Origin: Bdellovibrio sp.
GTDB taxonomy: Bacteria > Bdellovibrionota > Bdellovibrionia > Bdellovibrionales > Bdellovibrionaceae
Length of the DNA stretch: 10,770 nt
Assembly: GCA_046318155.1 (NCBI GenBank)
Contig: JBKCUU010000123.1
Span: forward strand, 1-10,770
Reading direction: 5' to 3'
Shown here: positions 1 to 6,893 of the stretch, one piece after another
Layout: each line of letters opens with the position of its first letter
How positions within the stretch are numbered: the first letter of the stretch is position 1
Made by a program: the position numbers and the translations under genes
The notes under the pieces: model-generated
Databases searched by the model: none
Told to the model about the DNA's origin: nothing
Seen by the model: the letters and a program-made list of their open reading frames with translations, nothing else

Positions 1-1551
1 AGCGAGTGAGATCGAAAAATCACGAGTTTTGAGATTTCGCTCGTCAAGAAACGACACTTCATTCTGCGGAAAAAATTTGACTCGCACGGTGGCTGATAGC
101 TCATTTTCTTTCAGCAAAATTTCAAATCGCGGGTGAAAACCCAACTTCAGCATCTCGGTCTTAATCTCGTTGTCCAATTCGAAAACGGCCGACTGCTCTT
201 GCCTCTTGAACTCGGGCGATTGACTCAAAACAAAGTCTTGAAAGATCGAGGCCATTTCGCGCCAATCATAGGCGCCCGGAAGCGAGCAGTGAACGGCCTC
301 TGGCAACGTCCACATCAACACTTTGGCAGACCCCAAGTCCACTTGATGGCGCGCGATCTGACCTGAGTTCAGCAGGTAAGGAACAACGGGATCTTGCTCG
401 GTCGCCACGATCAAAAGCGGCGTGGGATCGTCCTTGAGCAACGGAAAAAACGCATTTCCTTTCCAGAAATCTTTTTTTCTCTGGCTCCAATCCGTGGGCC
501 AGCGGATCCAACTCGCATCTTCGATCGGGCCTGTGTAACCCTTGGCAATCTTATCCAAAAGATCCTGCAAAAAATAATCTTTGCGAAGAGTCGCATCTTC
601 TTGACCCAAGTGCGACAGACGCTTGCGTGCCCACATGTTGGTCAACAACGAGCGAAAGCGATGATTGAGGTGATAGTCCAGCGTCTCTTGTAAATTGACC
701 GGGGGGCAAAACAGCAGGGTGCTGTTGACCCATGGCCGAGATTGCTGCAGCGCTTGCATGATGTGAGTAAAAAGTTGGCCATTACCGCCCATCGAAATGC
801 CCAGCAAATGCAAACTGCTCACCAAGCGCGAAATGGGTTCGGATTTTTCACGCAGATGCTTGAGCACATGAAGATTTTGAAGACCCTCGTCCATACCGCC
901 AAAAGATCTTACTTTATTGCGGGCGACAAAATCAGATCCGGTCATGCTCTCGATCGCCAAGAGATGAAAAGGGCTTTGCTCGAAAAGCTGCATCAACAGG
1001 TAGCGCTCAGCATACATCTGATCGATATTCGAAAAGATCCCCAGGCGAAACACCACCATCGGTCGAGGTTTGTCGTCTTTCAGACCCAGCAAAGCATGAG
1101 CAACGGTACCGTTTGGAAACCGCATTGACACCTGCCGAATCCGCGGATGCTCTTTGAGGCGCAAGCGCGTAAACATGACATCGTAAAAGTTGCGCAGGCC
1201 ATTGGTCGAACCATTCTGCAAAGTTTGCGCGCACTCGTCTTTGTATGAGTTCCATTTTTGCGAAAACTCGGCAAAATTTTTCACCTCGCGGGGCTCACGA
1301 TTTTGCCACTCGCAGGTCAGCGAAAAGACTTTCTGTTTTCCGGTCGGTTCGTATTTCAAAAAATCTGCCCGGTAAAGAGGCGTGAGCAGATCGTCCTCGC
1401 CTTGAACCGAAGGGGCAAAATCTGCTTGAAACTGAAAAAACGGACTTTGAACCGAATCAAAGAGGGCTGTTCCCGACCGGGTTTGAGACGCGACCTGTCC
1501 GAATGCGAGCCCAAAAAAAGTGAAATAGAGGGCCAAAAAAGAGGCAAACAT
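1..1551 (-). CDS. Alpha/beta-fold serine hydrolase (lipase/esterase-like), probably exported; 3'-truncated by the window edge (at least 517 aa)
   Basis: Manual translation gives an uninterrupted frame from ATG 1551 (alternative ATG 1566) to base 1. It begins MFASFLALYFTFFGLAFG-QVASQ, a hydrophobic signal-like segment. Nucleophile elbow LHLLGISMGG (Ser codon 793-795), then LLIVATEQDPVVP (Asp 391-393) and LPEAVHCSLP (His 289-291), in canonical Ser-Asp-His order. Confidence 0.88.
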   Translation of the reverse strand, partial: MFASFLALYFTFFGLAFGQVASQTRSGTALFDSVQSPFFQFQADFAPSVQGEDDLLTPLYRADFLKYEPTGKQKVFSLTCEWQNREPREVKNFAEFSQKWNSYKDECAQTLQNGSTNGLRNFYDVMFTRLRLKEHPRIRQVSMRFPNGTVAHALLGLKDDKPRPMVVFRLGIFSNIDQMYAERYLLMQLFEQSPFHLLAIESMTGSDFVARNKVRSFGGMDEGLQNLHVLKHLREKSEPISRLVSSLHLLGISMGGNGQLFTHIMQALQQSRPWVNSTLLFCPPVNLQETLDYHLNHRFRSLLTNMWARKRLSHLGQEDATLRKDYFLQDLLDKIAKGYTGPIEDASWIRWPTDWSQRKKDFWKGNAFFPLLKDDPTPLLIVATEQDPVVPYLLNSGQIARHQVDLGSAKVLMWTLPEAVHCSLPGAYDWREMASIFQDFVLSQSPEFKRQEQSAVFELDNEIKTEMLKLGFHPRFEILLKENELSATVRVKFFPQNEVSFLDERNLKTRDFSISLA

Positions 1552-1664
1552 GCTCGTTGGTACCATATTTGGTGCGGCTCGCCAATCTTTGACCCGGGTT
1601 TCTCGGTCCTGCCGAGTTTTGGCTCTGTGCAAGAGGGCTCGACGGGCTGCGAGAAGACACCTAG

Positions 1665-1680
1665 GATTGAAACTTCAATC
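1665..1680. promoter_or_regulatory. Perfect inverted repeat GATTGAA-AC-TTCAATC; candidate operator in the divergent intergenic region
   Basis: 7-bp arms with a 2-bp spacer read directly from the sequence. It contains TTGAAA, a -35-like hexamer. Function is inferred from position only. Confidence 0.4.
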
Positions 1681-1707
1681 GAGCTCGTTATCGATTTACA
1701 CCGATCG

Positions 1708-1780
1708 CCTCTGCAATCTTTGAGACTGATTGCAGAGGGATCTTTGAGACTGATTGCCGCAGGCAATCTTTGAGACTGAT
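1708..1780 (+). repeat. Three exact 15-bp direct repeats ATCTTTGAGACTGAT (1716-1730, 1740-1754, 1766-1780) with embedded hairpins
   Basis: Read directly. Copy 1 sits in an 11-bp perfect stem CCTCTGCAATC/GATTGCAGAGG (1708-1718/1728-1738). A 7-bp stem GATTGCC/GGCAATC (1752-1758/1762-1768) joins copies 2 and 3. Confidence 0.95.
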
Positions 1781-1782
1781 GA

Positions 1783-1787
1783 AAGGA
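1783..1787 (+). promoter_or_regulatory. Shine-Dalgarno sequence of gdh
   Basis: AAGGA 6 nt upstream of ATG 1794. Confidence 0.7.
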
Positions 1788-1793
1788 CTATTC

Positions 1794-3095
1794 ATGTCTT
1801 CCGACTCCTCTCTGCAAACGGATTATTTTACCCCGCAAGAATCACATTTGAATCACCCGCTTTTCGTCAATGCTCTGCAATCCATCGACGAAGCCGGAAA
1901 ATTGATCAACTGCGATCCCAACATTTTGGTTCGCTTGAAACGCCCCAAACGCGGCATCACCGTCAGCATCCCCGTCCGCATGGACGATTACTCGATCAAA
2001 GTGTTCACGGGCTTTCGCGTTCAGTACAACTCGACGTTGGGGCCTTACAAGGGCGGTATCCGTTATCATCAAGATGTTTGTTTTGGTGAAGTCGCGGGTC
2101 TGGCCGCGCTCATGATGATCAAAAACTCGGTGATGGGTCTTCCTTATGGCGGCGGTAAAGGGGGCATCACCTGTGATCCCACCAAACTTTCGCGCACAGA
2201 AAAGCAAAATCTCACGCGTCGCTATACCTCTGAGCTGGGGCCCTTTATCGGGCCCGCTAAAGATATTCCTGCACCTGACGTTGGAACAGATTCGCAAACA
2301 ATGGCTTGGATGATGGACACCTACTCGCAAGAGCAAGGTTTTGCCGTTCCTGGTGTCGTCACAGGTAAACCCGTTGAAATTGGTGGTTCCTTGGGCCGTG
2401 CTGGTGCGACCGGTTTGGGTGTGGTCTTTGTTGCCGAGCGCGCATTTGAACGTGTCGGCAAATCCATGAAGGGCGCGACCATTGCCATCCAAGGTTTTGG
2501 TAACGTGGGTTCTCACGCGGCACTGTACGCCCATGAACGCGGCGCTAAAGTCGTCGCAGTCAGCGATGTCAGCGGCGCAATTTACAACGGTGATGGTTTC
2601 AATATTCCGGACGTGATTGATCACATCAAAGAAAACAAAACTTTGATCAATTACCCTCGTTGCCAGCACATCACCAACGAAGAACTTTTACTTCTTCCGG
2701 TTGACGCCCTCTTCCCTTGCGCTCTCGAAGCCCAGATCACGGAGAAAAATGCCGACAAAGTTCAGGCGAAGATGATCGTCGAAGGCGCCAATGGTCCTGT
2801 GACTAATGATGCGACAAAAATTTTGCATGCCAAAGGGGTCTTCGTTATTCCAGACATTATCGCCAATGGTGGTGGTGTGGTCGTGAGTTACTTTGAGTGG
2901 GTGCAAGATATCATGTCGTTCTTCTGGGACGAAGATGAGATCAACAACCGCTTAAAAGCGATTATCACAAAGGCTTTTGACAAGGCCTACACGATGTCGA
3001 AAGAAAAGAATGTCGACATGCGCGCGGCGGCCATGGCTGTTTCAATTGACCGACTTCAAAAAGCGATGCTTCTCCGCGGACTGTATCCTCGATGA
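1794..3095 (+). CDS. gdhA: Glu/Leu/Phe/Val dehydrogenase family; NAD(P)-dependent glutamate dehydrogenase (433 aa)
   Basis: Motifs GPYKGGIRYH, LPYGGGKGG (catalytic Lys), DIPAPDVGT, VVTGKP, ATGLGV, Rossmann QGFGNVG, EGANGP, PDIIANGGGVVVSYFEW. Start moved from 1770 to the SD-preceded ATG 1794. Confidence 0.95.
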   Translation: MSSDSSLQTDYFTPQESHLNHPLFVNALQSIDEAGKLINCDPNILVRLKRPKRGITVSIPVRMDDYSIKVFTGFRVQYNSTLGPYKGGIRYHQDVCFGEVAGLAALMMIKNSVMGLPYGGGKGGITCDPTKLSRTEKQNLTRRYTSELGPFIGPAKDIPAPDVGTDSQTMAWMMDTYSQEQGFAVPGVVTGKPVEIGGSLGRAGATGLGVVFVAERAFERVGKSMKGATIAIQGFGNVGSHAALYAHERGAKVVAVSDVSGAIYNGDGFNIPDVIDHIKENKTLINYPRCQHITNEELLLLPVDALFPCALEAQITEKNADKVQAKMIVEGANGPVTNDATKILHAKGVFVIPDIIANGGGVVVSYFEWVQDIMSFFWDEDEINNRLKAIITKAFDKAYTMSKEKNVDMRAAAMAVSIDRLQKAMLLRGLYPR

Positions 3096-4072
3096 TGCCT
3101 CTTTGGAAATTCTTGCCTCCTGCATGGGCCCATCAATTGGCGCCGATGGGAGTTCGTTTTCTGAGCGATCTTGAATCGCCCATCTCGGCCAAGTGGAAGC
3201 CTTTCACTTGGAAGGGTGTTTCATTTTCGAATCGCCTCGGGATCGCAGGCGGCGTGGATAAGAATGCCGATTTGGTCACTTGTTGGCCGAAGCTGGGCTT
3301 TGGCTTTGCCGAAATCGGTACCGTCACCCCTCGCCCCCAAAACGCCAATCCCGGAACAATTGTCGACCGCGATTGGGACGCGCACTTGCTCTGGAACAAA
3401 ATGGGTTTTCCGAACGATGGCCAGTGGGATGTTCGCGCCCGCCTCGAATCTGCGGGACCACAATCCATTCCCTTGTTTTTAAATGTCGGTAAAAATCGCG
3501 ACACGCCCGCCGAAAAAGCCCATGAAGATTATGCTGAAGTGGCGCGAACATTAAGTCCCTATGTCGATGCAATCGTGCTCAATGTCTCGAGCCCCAACAC
3601 CCAAGGCCTGAGATCGCTGCAATCCAAAGACAGTTTGGGTGCCCTTGTTCGAACCGTGGCTCTCAACTCTTTTGGCAAACCGATTTTGGTTAAGTTCTCT
3701 CCCGACGAAGATGAAACAGCGCTTGCGCAAAGTCTCGACGTGGCCGCCAGTGAAGGTGCAAATGGTTTTGTTTTAACCAACACCACTGTGCAAAGACCCC
3801 CAAATTCTGGCTTCCCAGAAACCGGCGGGCTTTCGGGCCGCTTTCTTCAGGACCTGTCGAAGAAGTCGCTGAAAGTCGCTGTTCGTCATTTTAAAAACGC
3901 CGTGACACAGCCGCTTCTCGTCTCGGCCGGCGGAGTCCTCTCTCCAGCTGACGTCATAGAAAGACTAGATTTGGGTGCCGATCTTGTGCAAGTGTATGCT
4001 GCCTTGGTTTTCGAAGGTCCGACCTTCGCTCGCCAAACGGCCTCGTATGTTCATGAGAAGGGGTTGCAATGA
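3092..4072 (+). CDS. pyrD: Quinone-dependent (class 2) dihydroorotate dehydrogenase
   Basis: Motifs AGGVDKNA, EIGTVTPRPQ, NKMGFPNDG, NVGKN, NVSSPNTQGLR (catalytic Ser loop), TNTT, GGLSG, LVQVYAALVFEGP. The start overlaps the gdh stop (ATGATG; start at 3092 or 3095). Confidence 0.95.
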   Translation: MMPLWKFLPPAWAHQLAPMGVRFLSDLESPISAKWKPFTWKGVSFSNRLGIAGGVDKNADLVTCWPKLGFGFAEIGTVTPRPQNANPGTIVDRDWDAHLLWNKMGFPNDGQWDVRARLESAGPQSIPLFLNVGKNRDTPAEKAHEDYAEVARTLSPYVDAIVLNVSSPNTQGLRSLQSKDSLGALVRTVALNSFGKPILVKFSPDEDETALAQSLDVAASEGANGFVLTNTTVQRPPNSGFPETGGLSGRFLQDLSKKSLKVAVRHFKNAVTQPLLVSAGGVLSPADVIERLDLGADLVQVYAALVFEGPTFARQTASYVHEKGLQ

Positions 4073-4524
4073 CCGACGCCAAACCCGTGCGCTCTCGAAC
4101 TCGCAAAGTCCACTGGATCACAGTGGTCGCGGGATTTGTGCGTAAAGGGAAAATGGTTTTGGTGGGTCAAAGGCCCGAGAACCATTCTTTGGCCGGGCAA
4201 TGGGAGTTTCCGGGTGGCAAAATCGAATCGGGTGAAACTCCCGAAGAAGCTCTGGCCCGCGAACTCTCTGAAGAGCTGGGTATCGAAGCTGAAGTCGGCG
4301 AGCTAAAATTGGCCTGCACTCATCACTACGGTGAAGTGAACATCTTGATTCTTTTTTACGAAATTTTGTTTTGGAAAGGTGAGCCTAAAGCGAAACATCA
4401 TCTGATGCTCGAATGGATCGAGCCGGCCGATTTGGAAAACCGGCAAATCCCTGAGGCCAATCGCAAAATCTTAAACCGTATTTATAAAGCGTTGGGAACA
4501 GAATGGCCAAAGTCGCGCTCTTGA
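4069..4524 (+). CDS. mutT: MutT/NudG-like Nudix (d)NTP pyrophosphohydrolase
   Basis: Complete Nudix box GGKIESGETPEEALARELSEELG, preceded by LAGQWEFP and followed by the MutT-like C-terminal PEAN. ATGA overlap with the pyrD stop. Exact substrate cannot be determined from sequence. Confidence 0.88.
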   Translation: MTDAKPVRSRTRKVHWITVVAGFVRKGKMVLVGQRPENHSLAGQWEFPGGKIESGETPEEALARELSEELGIEAEVGELKLACTHHYGEVNILILFYEILFWKGEPKAKHHLMLEWIEPADLENRQIPEANRKILNRIYKALGTEWPKSRS

Positions 4525-5528
4525 CAGAGACCTTAAGTCCTTTGGCCCTCAATCTGGCGCTGGCGCTCGAGCAGCAAAAGCAAGAGGTGGTTTTAATCAC
4601 CTCGCGCGGAGAGGCCGACAAAGCCCCCGCCAACATTCGCGTGATCAGCCCGTTTCGCCGCTGGTCAAGCCTCGAGGCCCTGCGTGCTCTCCCCAGTTTA
4701 ATCGCTGAAAATTATGATGTGTTTCATTTTTTGTTTCCTACAGTTGAGTCGCGTCCGCAAGCAGCGCAGTGGATGCTCGCTGCCTTTGCTCGCAGCTTGC
4801 CGCATAAAGTGGTCGCCGCCTCTTTTTCAAATATTCAAAATATCGCAGGCTGGAAGAATGAAAAATTCATCTCGCTCTTAGACCTTGCACTTTTTCCGAA
4901 CCGATCTTTTTTGATGCAGATGAAACGTAGGCGTACGTTCGGATCGCACACGCTGGCCGAAGTCCTCCCTCCACTCGAGTGGATGACGTCAGACACAAAC
5001 ACCCGCTTTCGCGAGGAAACTCATCGCTTAATCGGAAGCTTGCGCTCTTTTTTGGTCTTGCCTGAACTTCAGAAGGGGCCCGAATGGCTGACGAAATCGC
5101 CGTTGGACTTTGTCGTTCTGCGCCCGCCACCGAGACGGGGCTCGAGCCATCCGCACGTGTTTTACACAGGGGATTTGTTTCCGGCCGAACGCGACGCTTT
5201 TTTGCAAAGAGCCCAAGCCTTGTGCCTTTTGTTTGGCGATTATTCGGTCCTTGAACTTCAACTTTTTCATCAATGGTCCGAGGCTCACCACTTGCCGGTG
5301 ATTGCGACAAAACACCAACTCGAACTTTGGCCGGGACTGTGCTGGCACACAAAATCAGGTTGGGTTCTTGAAGACACACCGGACCCTTTGCAGGCGCTAC
5401 TCGTCGAAAACCCTACGCTCACGCTCGAGCGTGGATTTGAAAACTACCCCCACCGCGAATTGGTCGATTCAACGTTGAACGAGCTTTTGCGTTTGTATCA
5501 AAAGTCATTCAAGCTTCGCTGGACTTGA
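4503..5528 (+). CDS. Divergent GT-B fold (GT4-like) protein, probably lacking normal donor-binding motifs
   Basis: 341-aa ORF overlapping mutT by 22 bp. GT4-like pattern: KVALLT...LALALEQQKQEVVLIT, YDVFHF, LDLALFPN, VFYTGDL..ERDAFLQRAQAL, LPVIAT, SGWVL. Confidence 0.65.
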   Translation: MAKVALLTETLSPLALNLALALEQQKQEVVLITSRGEADKAPANIRVISPFRRWSSLEALRALPSLIAENYDVFHFLFPTVESRPQAAQWMLAAFARSLPHKVVAASFSNIQNIAGWKNEKFISLLDLALFPNRSFLMQMKRRRTFGSHTLAEVLPPLEWMTSDTNTRFREETHRLIGSLRSFLVLPELQKGPEWLTKSPLDFVVLRPPPRRGSSHPHVFYTGDLFPAERDAFLQRAQALCLLFGDYSVLELQLFHQWSEAHHLPVIATKHQLELWPGLCWHTKSGWVLEDTPDPLQALLVENPTLTLERGFENYPHRELVDSTLNELLRLYQKSFKLRWT

Positions 5529-5560
5529 CCCTCTAACCCGGCGCCTTCATTCTAGGAACG

Positions 5561-6808
5561 ATGGCGACCGCAAAAAACTCAAAGAAGATCGAAAAACTCA
5601 AGATTTGCCTCGTGGCCTTTAAGTTTCCAATCTTGGGGCGAGCCACCGACACGGGTTTTTTATGGCCTATTGCCAAAGGCCTTGCGCAAAAAGGTCATTC
5701 GGTGACCGTGATTGCCGCTCGCAGTCCGCTCGGCAAACAAGAGGTTGAACGCGATGGCGTTCGAGTTTTTTATCTCTTTGAAGGCTTTCCAAACTGGTCA
5801 CATCTTTCTTTTGAAGAAGCCGCTTATCTGAAGTTTCTAGAGCTGCATTCAAAAGAGCCTTTTCAGCTGATGCACGGAATGGATCGCACCGCCTACCGCA
5901 TCGGCCGCCGTAAGCGCCACTTAAGGCTTCCCGCCGTGGCCTACGACGTTGAGGCCACGCAAATGTCGCAGCTCTTTTCGATTTTAGGAATGGCGCACGA
6001 GTCTGTGGGTTCGTTGCTCTCAACGGGCGTCGCTGTGATTTACAAATTTTTGACGACGTACTTTGGCGGCGATCGCGATTTGCTGAAAACCGCAGACGGT
6101 GTTTTTGTCACCTCTCCGCAACAACGCATTTTTTTAGAGCGCTATTATCTGTACCCGGATTACCATACCTACACGGTACCGTACGGCATCGAATTGGGTG
6201 ATCTTTCGCCGCAACCCGAAGCGCATGAACTGCGCAAGAAAAGTAAAATTCCCGACGGCGCGCACATCGTCTTAACGATTACTGACATGAGCGAACCACA
6301 AGAAATGCTCAATGTCCTGAGGGCGTTTGAACGGGTCGCAGTCAAAAAACCGAACACCTACTTGGTCATTGTCGGGAATGGTCCGGGCTGGAAGACCATC
6401 GAGTTCGAAATGCTGAGTTTGGCCTTGGGCTCTCGGGTCAAGATGACCGGAGCCCTAAAACCCGAAGATGTTTCGGACTGGATCTCGGTGGCCGACGTCT
6501 TTTTAAACATGAGTTCCCGGACCACGGGTTTTGAGCCCGCGATGATCGAAGCCATGGCCCAGAAAAAAGTGCTCATCGGCTCTGAAGTCAGCCCGATCGC
6601 GAACATTGTCGAGGATGGACAAGACGGGTTTTTGCTTCGCCCGGCTGACGTCGATTCGCTTTCGCATTTACTGGTCGAATTGTTTTCGGGATCGCTGCCT
6701 TCAATCGAGATTGGACAAAGGGCGAGGGACAAGGTGACAAGCTTATTTGATACAAAAAAGATGATTCAGTCCGTCGAAGAAGCCTATGAGAGGATCCTAG
6801 ACCGCTAG
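5561..6808 (+). CDS. Glycosyltransferase family 4 (GT-B)
   Basis: Motifs LAQKGHSVTVIA, ADGVFVTS, VPYGIE, LVIVGNGP, VKMTG, ADVFLNMS, GFEPAMIEAMA, IVEDGQDGFLLRPADVDSL, GQRARDKV...F. Confidence 0.92.
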   Translation: MATAKNSKKIEKLKICLVAFKFPILGRATDTGFLWPIAKGLAQKGHSVTVIAARSPLGKQEVERDGVRVFYLFEGFPNWSHLSFEEAAYLKFLELHSKEPFQLMHGMDRTAYRIGRRKRHLRLPAVAYDVEATQMSQLFSILGMAHESVGSLLSTGVAVIYKFLTTYFGGDRDLLKTADGVFVTSPQQRIFLERYYLYPDYHTYTVPYGIELGDLSPQPEAHELRKKSKIPDGAHIVLTITDMSEPQEMLNVLRAFERVAVKKPNTYLVIVGNGPGWKTIEFEMLSLALGSRVKMTGALKPEDVSDWISVADVFLNMSSRTTGFEPAMIEAMAQKKVLIGSEVSPIANIVEDGQDGFLLRPADVDSLSHLLVELFSGSLPSIEIGQRARDKVTSLFDTKKMIQSVEEAYERILDR

Positions 6809-6833
6809 AGCGATGTGTCACCTCGCTGAGTTC

Positions 6834-6861
6834 TAGCCAGACCCTCTCAAACCTGTATAAT
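6834..6861 (+). promoter_or_regulatory. Sigma70-type promoter for the ihf gene
   Basis: Perfect TATAAT at 6856-6861 and TAGCCA (4/6 match to TTGACA) at 6834-6839 with a 16-bp spacer, inside an 85-bp intergenic gap. Confidence 0.6.
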
Positions 6862-6870
6862 TAGTCCTGT

Positions 6871-6883
6871 TATCAATAACTTA
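6871..6883 (+). promoter_or_regulatory. IHF binding site consensus (WATCAANNNNTTR)
   Basis: TATCAA-TAAC-TTA matches the consensus exactly. It has an upstream A/T tract (TATAATTA, 6856-6863) and abuts the SD AGGA (6883-6886). Confidence 0.7.
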
Positions 6884-6893
6884 GGATGCGTGG

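Noticed and set aside
133..1375. Cluster of short ORFs on both strands
   Set aside because: All are out-of-frame or antisense shadows of the long minus-strand hydrolase frame.
1481..1592. Partial repeat-like matches TTTGAGAC (1482-1489) and AATCTTTGA (1584-1592)
   Set aside because: Only 8-9 bp, lacking the ATC...GAT dyad; one is within coding sequence. Compatible with chance.
1258..1773. ORFs 1258..1773 (+) and 1356..1766 (-) containing repeated peptides (SLRLIA / AISLKD)
   Set aside because: They overlap the hydrolase gene, have no recognisable motifs, and the peptide repeats simply reflect the DNA repeat.
1708..1780. Mini-CRISPR array interpretation of the triple repeat
   Set aside because: Repeats of 15 bp and linkers of 9 and 11 bp are far too short, and there are no cas genes or leader.
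1770..1793. TTG start at 1770 for gdh
   Set aside because: It lies inside repeat copy 3 with no SD; ATG 1794 has a well-spaced AAGGA.
1776..1806. CTGATGA resembling a hammerhead ribozyme core
   Set aside because: No GAAA after the putative stem II and no stem I/III or NUH site could be built.
1842..2669. 275-aa antisense ORF inside gdh
   Set aside because: Typical stop-poor antisense frame opposite a conserved, codon-biased gene; no motifs or RBS.
6804..6837. Imperfect hairpin after the GT4 stop (GCTAGA-GCGA...TCGC...TCTAGC)
   Set aside because: Bulged stem with no U-tract; not supportable as an intrinsic terminator.
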